This document shows positions 1 to 8,017 of a stretch of 64,000 bases of DNA, in pieces. The first letter of the stretch is position 1. Each line of letters starts with the position of its first letter. A model generated the notes under the pieces. It ran no database searches, had not been told where the DNA came from, and worked only from the letters and a program-made list of their open reading frames with translations. The DNA lies in the NCBI GenBank assembly GCA_038225185.1, contig JBBRFA010000002.1, forward strand, positions 2,331 through 66,330, in the 5' to 3' direction. This DNA comes from Chthoniobacterales bacterium. Its GTDB lineage: Bacteria > Verrucomicrobiota > Verrucomicrobiia > Chthoniobacterales > DASVRZ01. The position numbers and the translations under genes are program-made.

Positions 1-818
1 GCACGCTACCCCCGACGGTTTTTTATCCCGAGCCGCATGTGGATTCCGCCGTTATTCTTCTCACAGCGCGTCTGCCCGAGGAAATCGCATCGTTGGATGG
101 CGGCGTTTTCGAGCGCACGGTGCGCCTCGGTTTTTCGCAGCGTCGCAAACAATTGCGCAAAATGCTTGCCATCCCGGCGGGCGATTGGGAGCCACTGGCC
201 GCCGCGCTGGGCGTCGCTTCGCAATGCCGGGCCGAGGAACTTAGCCTGGAGCAATGGATTCGCCTGGTGCAAACTCTTCACCCCGCCGCGACTGCCACTG
301 CCCAAAATCCGGCGACGGAAATTTTTGACGTGGTGAATGAGGAAGACCGGGTGATCGGCCAGGCCAGCCGGGCGGAGGTACACGACCGCGATTTGCGACA
401 TCGCGCGGTGCATCTTTTGGTTTCCAATCGTGCCGGGGAGATTTTTTTGCAGAAACGCTCGCATCTCAAGGATCGCGAACCAGGGAAATGGGATTCCAGC
501 GCAGCCGGCCATCTGGATGCAGGCGAGGAATATGCGGTGGCCGCCCGGCGGGAAATTCAGGAGGAACTGGGAGTGGACGCGGCGGTGGAGTTTGCCGGGA
601 AGTTGCCGGCCTCGGAGCGGACGGGGCACGAATTTGTGGAAATTTACACTGCGCAGTCGGAGGGACCGTTTCAACTTCATCCGCTCGAAATCGAGACGGG
701 TGCGTTTTTCTCAAGGGCACAGATCGATTGCTGGCTGGAACAACGTCCCCAGGATTTTGCGCCGGGTTTTGTGGAATGTTATCAGTTTCTGCCTGCGAAA
801 GACCAAACGGCTCTGTGA
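1..818 (+). CDS. rsmA: 16S rRNA dimethyladenosine transferase RsmA/KsgA (C-terminal part; 5' end outside window) fused in frame to a Nudix hydrolase domain
   Basis: ORF is open to the left edge (codon phase from nt 3). FYPEPHVDSAVILL, GFSQRRKQLRKML and RAEELSLEQWIRL match the KsgA C-terminal region. It continues without a stop into the Nudix box GHLDAGEEYAVAARREIQEELGV. Confidence 0.75.
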   Translation, partial: TLPPTVFYPEPHVDSAVILLTARLPEEIASLDGGVFERTVRLGFSQRRKQLRKMLAIPAGDWEPLAAALGVASQCRAEELSLEQWIRLVQTLHPAATATAQNPATEIFDVVNEEDRVIGQASRAEVHDRDLRHRAVHLLVSNRAGEIFLQKRSHLKDREPGKWDSSAAGHLDAGEEYAVAARREIQEELGVDAAVEFAGKLPASERTGHEFVEIYTAQSEGPFQLHPLEIETGAFFSRAQIDCWLEQRPQDFAPGFVECYQFLPAKDQTAL

Positions 819-901
819 TGGCTTGGACCCATTCTCGAAGATTTACTGATTTTTTTAACCACTAATGGACACTAATAAAGGGCAAACGGCCAAGGCGTGA
901 T

Positions 902-1468
902 TCAATACCGGAATTCTGGTTTGACGAGAGGTGCCGATTCGGGATTGAGAATCGGTTCGGAATCGAGAATCGGTTCGGGCAAATCTGGCAGTGCCTCGGC
1001 GTTGCTCGTGCTGGTGGCAGCGGCACGCTCGGCGTTATCGACGGTGTAGCGGCTGACGATGGCGCTGTTGCTTGGGACAGGTGGCGGAGGGGCGACGCGT
1101 TCGGGAGGCGCGAGTTGCAAATCTTCGGTGGCCACGTAGCCGTCGAGGCCGCCATCGAGCTGCACGCGCGAGTAGCCGAAGCCTTTTTTTAGGAGAGCGA
1201 CTAGAGTATCCTTGGGCAGACTTTGATCGGGGCCACCGGGTTGTTGAGGTCCGGAACGGTATAACGGCGTAAAATCGGCCTTGGTGACGTAGAGTGTCTG
1301 CCCGCTTTCGTTGGTGACTTCGCCGGCTGGAGAAGTGGCTGGGTCGGTGGCGGCGCTTTCTTCGGTGGGTTTTGGATTGCTGAACCAGGTGCAACTGCTT
1401 AGGCCAAGGAGACTTGCGCAGGCGAGAATTCGCAGGCTGATGATGGGTGAGAAAACGGATGCGCCCAT
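902..1468 (-). CDS. Lipoprotein with SH3-like central region, function unknown
   Basis: Signal peptide plus lipobox (LLGLSSC). Central YVTKADFTPLY...GYSRVQLDGGLDGYVATEDL resembles a bacterial SH3 domain. C-terminal PEPILDSEPILNPES is encoded by an 18-nt tandem repeat. Confidence 0.55.
   Translation of the reverse strand: MGASVFSPIISLRILACASLLGLSSCTWFSNPKPTEESAATDPATSPAGEVTNESGQTLYVTKADFTPLYRSGPQQPGGPDQSLPKDTLVALLKKGFGYSRVQLDGGLDGYVATEDLQLAPPERVAPPPPVPSNSAIVSRYTVDNAERAAATSTSNAEALPDLPEPILDSEPILNPESAPLVKPEFRY
944..979. repeat. 2 x 18-nt imperfect tandem repeat (attgagaatcggttcgga / atcgagaatcggttcggg) inside the lipoprotein gene
   Basis: Read directly from the sequence; 16/18 identity. Confidence 0.8.
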
Positions 1469-1499
1469 ATTATTAGAGGATGTTCGAAGGGTTCGAAGA

Positions 1500-2873
1500 T
1501 TAAGCGGATAAAAATTCGCGAGGATCGGTGATGTGCCCGGTCAAGGCGGAGGCAGCCACGGTGTAGGGGCTGGCAAGGAAGACTTTGCTCTCTTTGCTGC
1601 CCATGCGTCCGGGAAAATTGCGGTTGGTGGCGCTGATGCAGTTCATCGATTTATTCAATCGCCCAAAAGTATCGAGCGGACCACCGAGGCAGGCGGCGCA
1701 GGAGGCGTTCTCGGTCATGAGCACGCCAGCGTCGGTAAGGATTTGCCAGACGGTGGAGCCGTTCCAATGAATGGTCTGCAATTCTTCGACCACGCCGGGA
1801 GTGGCGGGCACGCCGAAGGTATCGATCTTGACGCTTTTGCCTTGGACAATTTCGGCGAAGGCGAGGAAATCGCTTGTTTTGCCCCCGGTGCAGGAGCCGA
1901 TGTAGGCGCGGTCGAGAGTGATTTTGCCGAGGTTTTTGGCGAGTTCACGTTGACCTGGATCGGGGTGCATGGCGACGGTCGGTTCGAGCTGGGAGAGATC
2001 GAAAACTTTGTCGTAGATGAATTTTTGGTCACGATCCAAAAAGACGGGATCGTAATCCGCCTTGGTGCCGTTGGCTTTGATGCGGGCGTCCACGTAGTCG
2101 AAAGTGGTTTGGTCGGGCGCGAAGATGCCGTTTTTTGCCCCCGCCTCGATGGCCATGTTGGCGATGGTCATGCGGTCATCCATATGCATGGCATCGGCTC
2201 CGGGACCTTCCCATTGCATGGCGCGATAGGTGGCGCCATCGAAACCGATATCACCGATGACATGCAGGATCACGTCCTTGGCCATCACGCCGTGAGCGAG
2301 CTGGCCTTCGAGATAAAAACGCATGGTTTCGGGGACTTTGATGAGAAGTTTGCCGATGCCGAGGATGAAACCGGCGTCGGTGTTGCCGATGCCGGTGGCA
2401 AATTCCCCAAAAGCGCCTGCCATGCAGGTGTGCGAATCGGTGCCAAAAAGAATTTCACCAGGGCGGGTGTGCCCTTTGGCGGGTAAGGCGGTGTGACAGA
2501 CTCCGGCAAATTGCGAGCCGTATTGGCGCTTGAGCTGGCCCTGGCTGGCGTCGAATTTCCAATGCCCTTCGGGATCGTCGATAACATCGTAAAAATAAGG
2601 CAGACCTTGTTCGCGGACGAAGTCGCGCAGGATATCGACATTGCGATTGGAAAGGCTGTCGGCGGTAAAAATGTAGTGATCGGGGATGATGACGATTTTG
2701 TTTTTATCCCAGACTTTGGCGTTTTGGCCAAATTCGCGTTTGAAGACACCGATGGTTCCCGGCCCACAGACATCGTGGGTAAGGAGCACATCCACATTAA
2801 CCCAAACGTTTTCGCCGGGTGCGACGGAAGTTTTGCCACAGGCTTTTGCAATAATTTTCTCGGTGAGCGTCAT
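1500..2873 (-). CDS. leuC: Aconitase-family dehydratase large subunit (3-isopropylmalate dehydratase/homoaconitase LeuC-type)
   Basis: 457 aa. Motifs GTDSHT, IGSCTGG and NASCAACLGG (Fe-S ligand cysteines) are typical of the LeuC/HacA large subunit. No small-subunit gene is adjacent. Confidence 0.75.
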   Translation of the reverse strand: MTLTEKIIAKACGKTSVAPGENVWVNVDVLLTHDVCGPGTIGVFKREFGQNAKVWDKNKIVIIPDHYIFTADSLSNRNVDILRDFVREQGLPYFYDVIDDPEGHWKFDASQGQLKRQYGSQFAGVCHTALPAKGHTRPGEILFGTDSHTCMAGAFGEFATGIGNTDAGFILGIGKLLIKVPETMRFYLEGQLAHGVMAKDVILHVIGDIGFDGATYRAMQWEGPGADAMHMDDRMTIANMAIEAGAKNGIFAPDQTTFDYVDARIKANGTKADYDPVFLDRDQKFIYDKVFDLSQLEPTVAMHPDPGQRELAKNLGKITLDRAYIGSCTGGKTSDFLAFAEIVQGKSVKIDTFGVPATPGVVEELQTIHWNGSTVWQILTDAGVLMTENASCAACLGGPLDTFGRLNKSMNCISATNRNFPGRMGSKESKVFLASPYTVAASALTGHITDPREFLSA

Positions 2874-2986
2874 AAAATCAGAGTGGGAAAATGCAACGGA
2901 AACGTTGGAAAAGCAAATGATCGCTTGGGGAAATTCAATTTTGAGTTTTCTTATCGCAGGGAAATGGATTATGCCCTTTTTTCAAG

Positions 2987-3625
2987 ATGTCAGAGACTAC
3001 TGCCACCAGCGCTGAATTGATTGAGACGGGGCGTGATTTCCACCGCAGAGGCTGGTCTTTGGGCACGAGTAGTAATTACAGTGCGGTGATTTCCAGGGAG
3101 CCTTACCGATTGCTGCTGACAGGGAGTGGTTTTGACAAGGGGCGCTTGACTACCGAGCAATTCGTCACGCTGGACGCAGAAGGCCGACCGGACCGGGAAA
3201 CTTCGCTCAAACCTTCTGCCGAAGCGGGTTTGCACCTGGTTCTCACGCAAGAAACAGCCGCCAATGCTGTGCTCCATACTCATTCGATTTGGGGCACGCT
3301 GCTTTCGGAAAAGTTTGTCGCACAAGGGTTTATCGAGATTGCTGGCTACGAAATGCTCAAGGGGCTGGCTGGGAACACCACGCATGAGACGAGCGAAATC
3401 GTGACCATTTTTCCCAATACCCAGGATATCGCCACTTTGGCAAAAGAGGTCAGCCATCGCCTGCGGCACGCTCCTGAAACGTTGCGCCACGGGTTTTTGC
3501 TATCCGGTCACGGACTTTACACCTGGGGACGCGATGTGGCCGAGGCGCGACGGCAGGTTGAAATTTTTGAGTTTCTCTTTGAAATTGTCGGACGCCGCAC
3601 TGGACATTTCAGTAACTCGGAGTAA
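2987..3625 (+). CDS. mtnB: Methylthioribulose-1-phosphate dehydratase (class II aldolase/adducin fold)
   Basis: 212 aa. GTSSNYS, KPSAEAGLH, VLHTHS and GHGLYTWG motifs. Followed by mtnD and mtnC. Confidence 0.85.
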   Translation: MSETTATSAELIETGRDFHRRGWSLGTSSNYSAVISREPYRLLLTGSGFDKGRLTTEQFVTLDAEGRPDRETSLKPSAEAGLHLVLTQETAANAVLHTHSIWGTLLSEKFVAQGFIEIAGYEMLKGLAGNTTHETSEIVTIFPNTQDIATLAKEVSHRLRHAPETLRHGFLLSGHGLYTWGRDVAEARRQVEIFEFLFEIVGRRTGHFSNSE

Positions 3626-3636
3626 TCCAGTCAGGT

Positions 3637-4224
3637 ATGGCAAAATTACGCATTCCGCAAGAAGATCGACTCCTGCAATCTGCGGGAGAAATCGCAGAGT
3701 ATCTGGTGCCTCACGGCATTTTTTACGAAAAATGGCCTGTCTCCGAGCGCATTCAGCCTGGCGCATCCGCCGACGAAATCCTCCAGGCCTACGCCACCGA
3801 GGTGCGCACTTTGCAGGAGCAAGGGGGTTATCAGACAGCCGATGTCATCGATGTCACGCCCGATGTGCCCAATCTCCAGACCATGCTGGATCGCTTCAAT
3901 CAGGAGCATACCCATGCTGAGGACGAGGTGCGCTTTATCGTGGAAGGGCGCGGTATTTTTCATATTCACCCCAAGGATGGACCGGTCTTTGCCTTGGAAG
4001 TGGAGGCGGGCGATTTGATCAATGTCCCGGCGGGCACGCAGCATTGGTTCGATCTTTGTGCGGAACGCCGGATTCGTGCGATTCGTTTGTTTCGTGAAAA
4101 AGCGGGTTGGACACCTATTTACACCGGGAGCGGCATTGCCTCTGGATATCAACCGCTTTGCTTTGGCCCCAATTATCTTCCGCCCAAAGCGCAATTTGAG
4201 CCGGCGATATCCCTCTCGGCATGA
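3637..4224 (+). CDS. mtnD: Acireductone dioxygenase (ARD, cupin)
   Basis: 195 aa. Cupin metal motif EHTHAEDEVRFIVEGRGIF...GTQHWF. Methionine-salvage context. Confidence 0.85.
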   Translation: MAKLRIPQEDRLLQSAGEIAEYLVPHGIFYEKWPVSERIQPGASADEILQAYATEVRTLQEQGGYQTADVIDVTPDVPNLQTMLDRFNQEHTHAEDEVRFIVEGRGIFHIHPKDGPVFALEVEAGDLINVPAGTQHWFDLCAERRIRAIRLFREKAGWTPIYTGSGIASGYQPLCFGPNYLPPKAQFEPAISLSA

Positions 4225-4976
4225 GCGTTTGGAGTGCCCAGGCCCTTCTCATCGATATTGAAGGAACCACCTCCGAGATTGCTTTTGTGCATGAGGTTTT
4301 ATTCCCTTATGCGCGGTGCGAAGTGGCTGGATTCCTGGAAAAAAACGCTGAAAAACCGGAAATTCTTGCCATTCTTGAACAAATAGCTCGTGACGACGGA
4401 GCCGACAACGCCTGGGTGTGGAATCCTTTTCCCTGGCCAAGTCGGACCGCACAACAATGGGTCGTCGAAAAAATCCACCGCTGGATCGATGCCGACGCCA
4501 AGTTTACTGGCTTGAAAACCCTCCAAGGCCACATCTGGGAGCGTGGTTACCGCGACGGCACCCTGCTTTCGCACGTCTTTGCCGATGTGCCCGAAAAATT
4601 TCAAAGCTGGCACGCCTCTGGGATTCTTCTCTATATCTACTCTTCGGGAAGTGTCGCCGCCCAGCAGCTTCTTTTTGCCCATACCGAAAAAGGCAATCTC
4701 ACCCCTTTTTTAAGTGGTTATTTCGATACCGCAGTCGGCTCGAAACGGGAAAGTGGGAGTTACCTCGCCATTGCCCAAGCCATCGACCGCGCGCCCGGAG
4801 ATATTCTTTATCTGAGCGATGTGCCCGCCGAACTCGATGCCGCCCGCCTCGCAGGCTTCCAGACCACCCTCGTCGTCCGCCCTGGCAATCCGCCTTTGGA
4901 AGCGACAGAGCATTCGCAAATCACGACTTTTGCCGAAATCGATCTCGTAAAAGTGACTTTGCCGCCCAAAAATTAA
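4221..4976 (+). CDS. mtnC: Enolase-phosphatase E1 (HAD superfamily)
   Basis: 251 aa. HAD motif I LLIDIEGTT and IYSSGS. ATGA overlap with the mtnD stop. Confidence 0.8.
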   Translation: MSVWSAQALLIDIEGTTSEIAFVHEVLFPYARCEVAGFLEKNAEKPEILAILEQIARDDGADNAWVWNPFPWPSRTAQQWVVEKIHRWIDADAKFTGLKTLQGHIWERGYRDGTLLSHVFADVPEKFQSWHASGILLYIYSSGSVAAQQLLFAHTEKGNLTPFLSGYFDTAVGSKRESGSYLAIAQAIDRAPGDILYLSDVPAELDAARLAGFQTTLVVRPGNPPLEATEHSQITTFAEIDLVKVTLPPKN

Positions 4977-5055
4977 AAAAACATCATTTCTCGCTTGCGA
5001 ACCCTTTGCAAGCGTGACACTATGCCGACCCGTTGCAAAAACACGGGACACTCTC

Positions 5056-5370
5056 ATGGCTTACGCAATCATTAAAACTGGCGGTAAACAATACCGCGTG
5101 CAACCCGGTCAATATTTCGATGTTGAAAAACTGGATGTCCCAGTCGGCGAAAAAACTACCTTTTCGGAAGTTCTTTTCCATTCCGATGGCGATAAAGTCA
5201 CCCAAGGTGCTCCGTTTATTTCTGGTGCCACGGTGGTCGCCGAAATTCTCGACCAACATAAGGACGATAAAGTGATCGCCTTCAAATACAAACGCCGCAA
5301 AGGGTATCACCGCACCGTGGGTCATCGCCGCCGTTTGACCCGCGTAAAAGTCGAATCAATTTCCTTGTAA
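5056..5370 (+). CDS. rplU: 50S ribosomal protein L21
   Basis: MAYAIIKTGGKQYRV...FKYKRRKGYHRTVGHRR. The ATG at 5056 was chosen inside the longer listed ORF. Confidence 0.95.
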   Translation: MAYAIIKTGGKQYRVQPGQYFDVEKLDVPVGEKTTFSEVLFHSDGDKVTQGAPFISGATVVAEILDQHKDDKVIAFKYKRRKGYHRTVGHRRRLTRVKVESISL

Positions 5371-5401
5371 TATTCAATAGATCATTTAATTTTTCTTCGT
5401 C

Positions 5402-5662
5402 ATGGCACATAAAAAAGGACAAGGCAGCGTTAAAAACGGTCGCGATAGCGTCAGCAAACGTCTTGGCGTAAAAAAATTTGGCAGTGAGTCCGTAGTTGCG
5501 GGCAACATCATCCTTCGGCAGCGTGGAACCAAGTTTCAACCCGGCAAAAATGTCGGATTGGGACGTGATTACACGATTTTCGCTTTAAAGGACGGGGTTG
5601 TTCGATTTGACCGTGATGGTCGGCGAGTGAACGTCGATCTCGCAGAAACCGTTTCCTCCTAA
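5402..5662 (+). CDS. rpmA: 50S ribosomal protein L27
   Basis: [27 protein letters not shown]...[10 protein letters not shown]. Confidence 0.95.
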   Translation: MAHKKGQGSVKNGRDSVSKRLGVKKFGSESVVAGNIILRQRGTKFQPGKNVGLGRDYTIFALKDGVVRFDRDGRRVNVDLAETVSS

Positions 5663-5688
5663 AGAAACAGCAGATTCCCTCCCGCCGC

Positions 5689-5731
5689 AAAACCGCGCTC
5701 CAAATTACATGGGGCGCGGTTTTGTATTTTT
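5689..5731 (+). terminator. Rho-independent terminator downstream of rpmA
   Basis: 10-bp stem aaaaccgcgc (5689-5698) / gcgcggtttt (5714-5723), followed by the T-rich gtattttt. Confidence 0.6.
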
Positions 5732-5798
5732 AACGACTGACCATTGGTGACATTGTCCTTTCCGACAATTGAACTTACCTCCGCAGCCGAGAGAAAAA

Positions 5799-6623
5799 TC
5801 AGCCGTGTAATTCGAGCAGCGTAATCTCCGGCATCGAACCGAATCGCACCGGCAGACCTGTGCAGCCAATTCCGCGATTGGTGTAAACCTGCGCCGCACC
5901 GACTCGATACAAACCCTTCCAGTATTTTCGCCCCCAAATTGGAAGCATTGGGGGGCCTACCAAAGGCAGGCAGACCTGCCCGCCATGCGTGTGACCCGAA
6001 AGTTGCAAGTCCACCCCCGCTTCGGCGGGCCACAGCTCCACCGTGTCCGGTTCGTGTGCGAGTAAAATAGTGGGCCGACTCGAACGCCGTTTCTCCAGCG
6101 CTGCCGACAAATCGGGGTGACCCCCCCAGATTGAATCCACCCCGGCGATGAATAAACCTGCTTTTCCCACCGAGATCGTCCGGCCTTGGTTTCGCAATAC
6201 ATCGATCCCTTCCTTACGCAATCTGCCGGTAATGCGCGCGGGTTGATGCCACATATCGTGGTTCCCGAGCGCACAAATCACCCCGTGCCGCGCCTGTAAT
6301 CTGGCCAGCGCGGGTGCCAGTTCATCAATCGCCTCGCCCGAACGGGTGATCAGATCGCCGGTAATGACCACCAGATCGGCTGCGAGCGTGTTTACTTTTT
6401 CCACGGTTTGCGCGATTTGGCCCAACGTGGTGAACGGACGAAAATGCAGGTCGCTCAATTGCACCACCCGGAATCCCTCCAGAGCGTTTGGCAAGGCAGG
6501 TATTTTCACAGGAACCTTTTCCACCACCAGCGACCAGGGTTCCAACAGCGTGGGATACGACAGCCCACCGGCAGCGGCTGCACCGAGCAATCCTTTAATA
6601 AAAACCCGTCGATTGATGCGCAT
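5799..6623 (-). CDS. Calcineurin-like metallophosphoesterase with twin-arginine signal
   Basis: MRINRRVFIKGLLGAAAAGG is Tat-like. Motifs DLH, GDLI, GNHD and GHTHGG. Start moved to the ATG at 6623 inside the listed 292-aa ORF. Confidence 0.75.
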   Translation of the reverse strand: MRINRRVFIKGLLGAAAAGGLSYPTLLEPWSLVVEKVPVKIPALPNALEGFRVVQLSDLHFRPFTTLGQIAQTVEKVNTLAADLVVITGDLITRSGEAIDELAPALARLQARHGVICALGNHDMWHQPARITGRLRKEGIDVLRNQGRTISVGKAGLFIAGVDSIWGGHPDLSAALEKRRSSRPTILLAHEPDTVELWPAEAGVDLQLSGHTHGGQVCLPLVGPPMLPIWGRKYWKGLYRVGAAQVYTNRGIGCTGLPVRFGSMPEITLLELHG

Positions 6624-6791
6624 CGACTCGCAGATTAGCACAGAAAACTCCAGATGCCATGAACACCCCGCAACCATCGCTGTCTCTTGGACTTACGCTG
6701 GTCTGCGCTTGATGGCTTGGGCAAAATCCCCCAGCCGACGGAGGGCGGCGGTTGCAAGGCGGTGCGTTCTCCATTATAAAGACTGTCATTC

Positions 6792-7565
6792 ATGAAAATT
6801 TCCTCCTGCCTACTCGCAGTATTCTGGCTGGCAACACCTCTTCACGCTCAAGAAGTCGCAGGTGGCACCAAAACGATCTTCGATCTCGTCAAAGCTGGCG
6901 GATGGGTCATGATCCCGCTTGTTTTTGCCTCGGTTCTTACCCTTACCCTTATTCTAGTTTATCTGGCCACCTTGCGCAGAGGCTCCGTGGTGAGCCGGGA
7001 ATACATGGAGACCGCCGATGCGCTAATAAAAAAACGCGATTATCTGGGTTTGCTGGCTATTTCCAATCGTCACCAGGAAGCTGTCGCCCGCGTCACTTCG
7101 CGCATGTTGGAATTTGCCACCCGCCATCCGGGTGCGCCGCTGCAAGCCGTGCGCGAAGTCGCCGAGACCGAGGGCGGACGCATCGCGAACGCACTTACCC
7201 ATCGCATTACTTACCTGGCCGATGTCGGGATGCTGGCACCGATGCTGGGCTTGTTGGGCACCGTGACGGGCATCATTAAATCCTTCGGCGAACTTGGGAA
7301 ACGCGCCGGCGACGCCAGCCAGCCGATCTTACTGGCGCAAGGGGTGGGCGAGGCTTTGGTGACCACCGCAGCCGGAATCATCGTAGGCATTGTCGCCATG
7401 TCGTTCCACGCATTTTTCCGCGGTAAAGTGCAAAATCTTATTTCCGAATTGGAAAGTTCCTCCACCCATTTACTCAGTCTCTTTGCCACCAGTTACGAGA
7501 AAAAAACCCGCGATAATCGTGTGCCCCCCCGTCCCTCGGCTTTGAACGACGACGACGATTACTAG
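6792..7565 (+). CDS. exbB: MotA/TolQ/ExbB proton-channel family protein
   Basis: 257 aa. N-terminal signal-like segment, then 3 TM helices. Contains LADVGMLAPMLGLLGTVTGII and GVGEALVTTAAGIIVGI. Confidence 0.8.
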   Translation: MKISSCLLAVFWLATPLHAQEVAGGTKTIFDLVKAGGWVMIPLVFASVLTLTLILVYLATLRRGSVVSREYMETADALIKKRDYLGLLAISNRHQEAVARVTSRMLEFATRHPGAPLQAVREVAETEGGRIANALTHRITYLADVGMLAPMLGLLGTVTGIIKSFGELGKRAGDASQPILLAQGVGEALVTTAAGIIVGIVAMSFHAFFRGKVQNLISELESSSTHLLSLFATSYEKKTRDNRVPPRPSALNDDDDY

Positions 7566-7591
7566 GACCTCGCATACCCAGGTAACTTTCC

Positions 7592-8017
7592 ATGAATTTT
7601 CGCCAAGGCCAGACTTTCGCCACGCCCGCTTTTCAACTGGCACCGTTGATCGATATTTTGCTGGTGATTCTCTGTTTTTTTATCCTAACCTGGTCCTCAA
7701 CCCTGCGGGAAAACGAACTGGACGTCAAAGTGCCCTCGGCCAAAAGCGCCAAGGAAGCACAACCTTACCTCGGCCAGGTGGTCATCAACATTCGTGCTGA
7801 TGGCACTTTGGTGATGAATAAGACGCCGCTCACCGTTGACGAACTCTCCGTGCGCCTGAAAAAACTTTCCGAACTTTACCCCGATCAAGCCGTCATCGTG
7901 CGGGGCGATCAGGATGTCGCTTACAAACACATCGCCGGTGTGCTCGATATCTGTCGTGGAGCCGACATTTGGAATGTCGCTTTTGCCACCGCAGGAGGCG
8001 AAAGTGTCGCGCCATGA
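7592..8017 (+). CDS. exbD: ExbD/TolR biopolymer transport protein
   Basis: 141 aa. Single TM segment (LAPLIDILLVILCFFIL) plus a periplasmic domain with VIVRGDQDVAYKHIAGVLD. Confidence 0.8.
   Translation: MNFRQGQTFATPAFQLAPLIDILLVILCFFILTWSSTLRENELDVKVPSAKSAKEAQPYLGQVVINIRADGTLVMNKTPLTVDELSVRLKKLSELYPDQAVIVRGDQDVAYKHIAGVLDICRGADIWNVAFATAGGESVAP

Noticed and set aside
6-680. 224-aa minus-strand ORF at the left edge.
   Set aside because: It is antisense to the RsmA::Nudix reading frame, which carries clear motifs. The antisense translation is Arg-rich nonsense.
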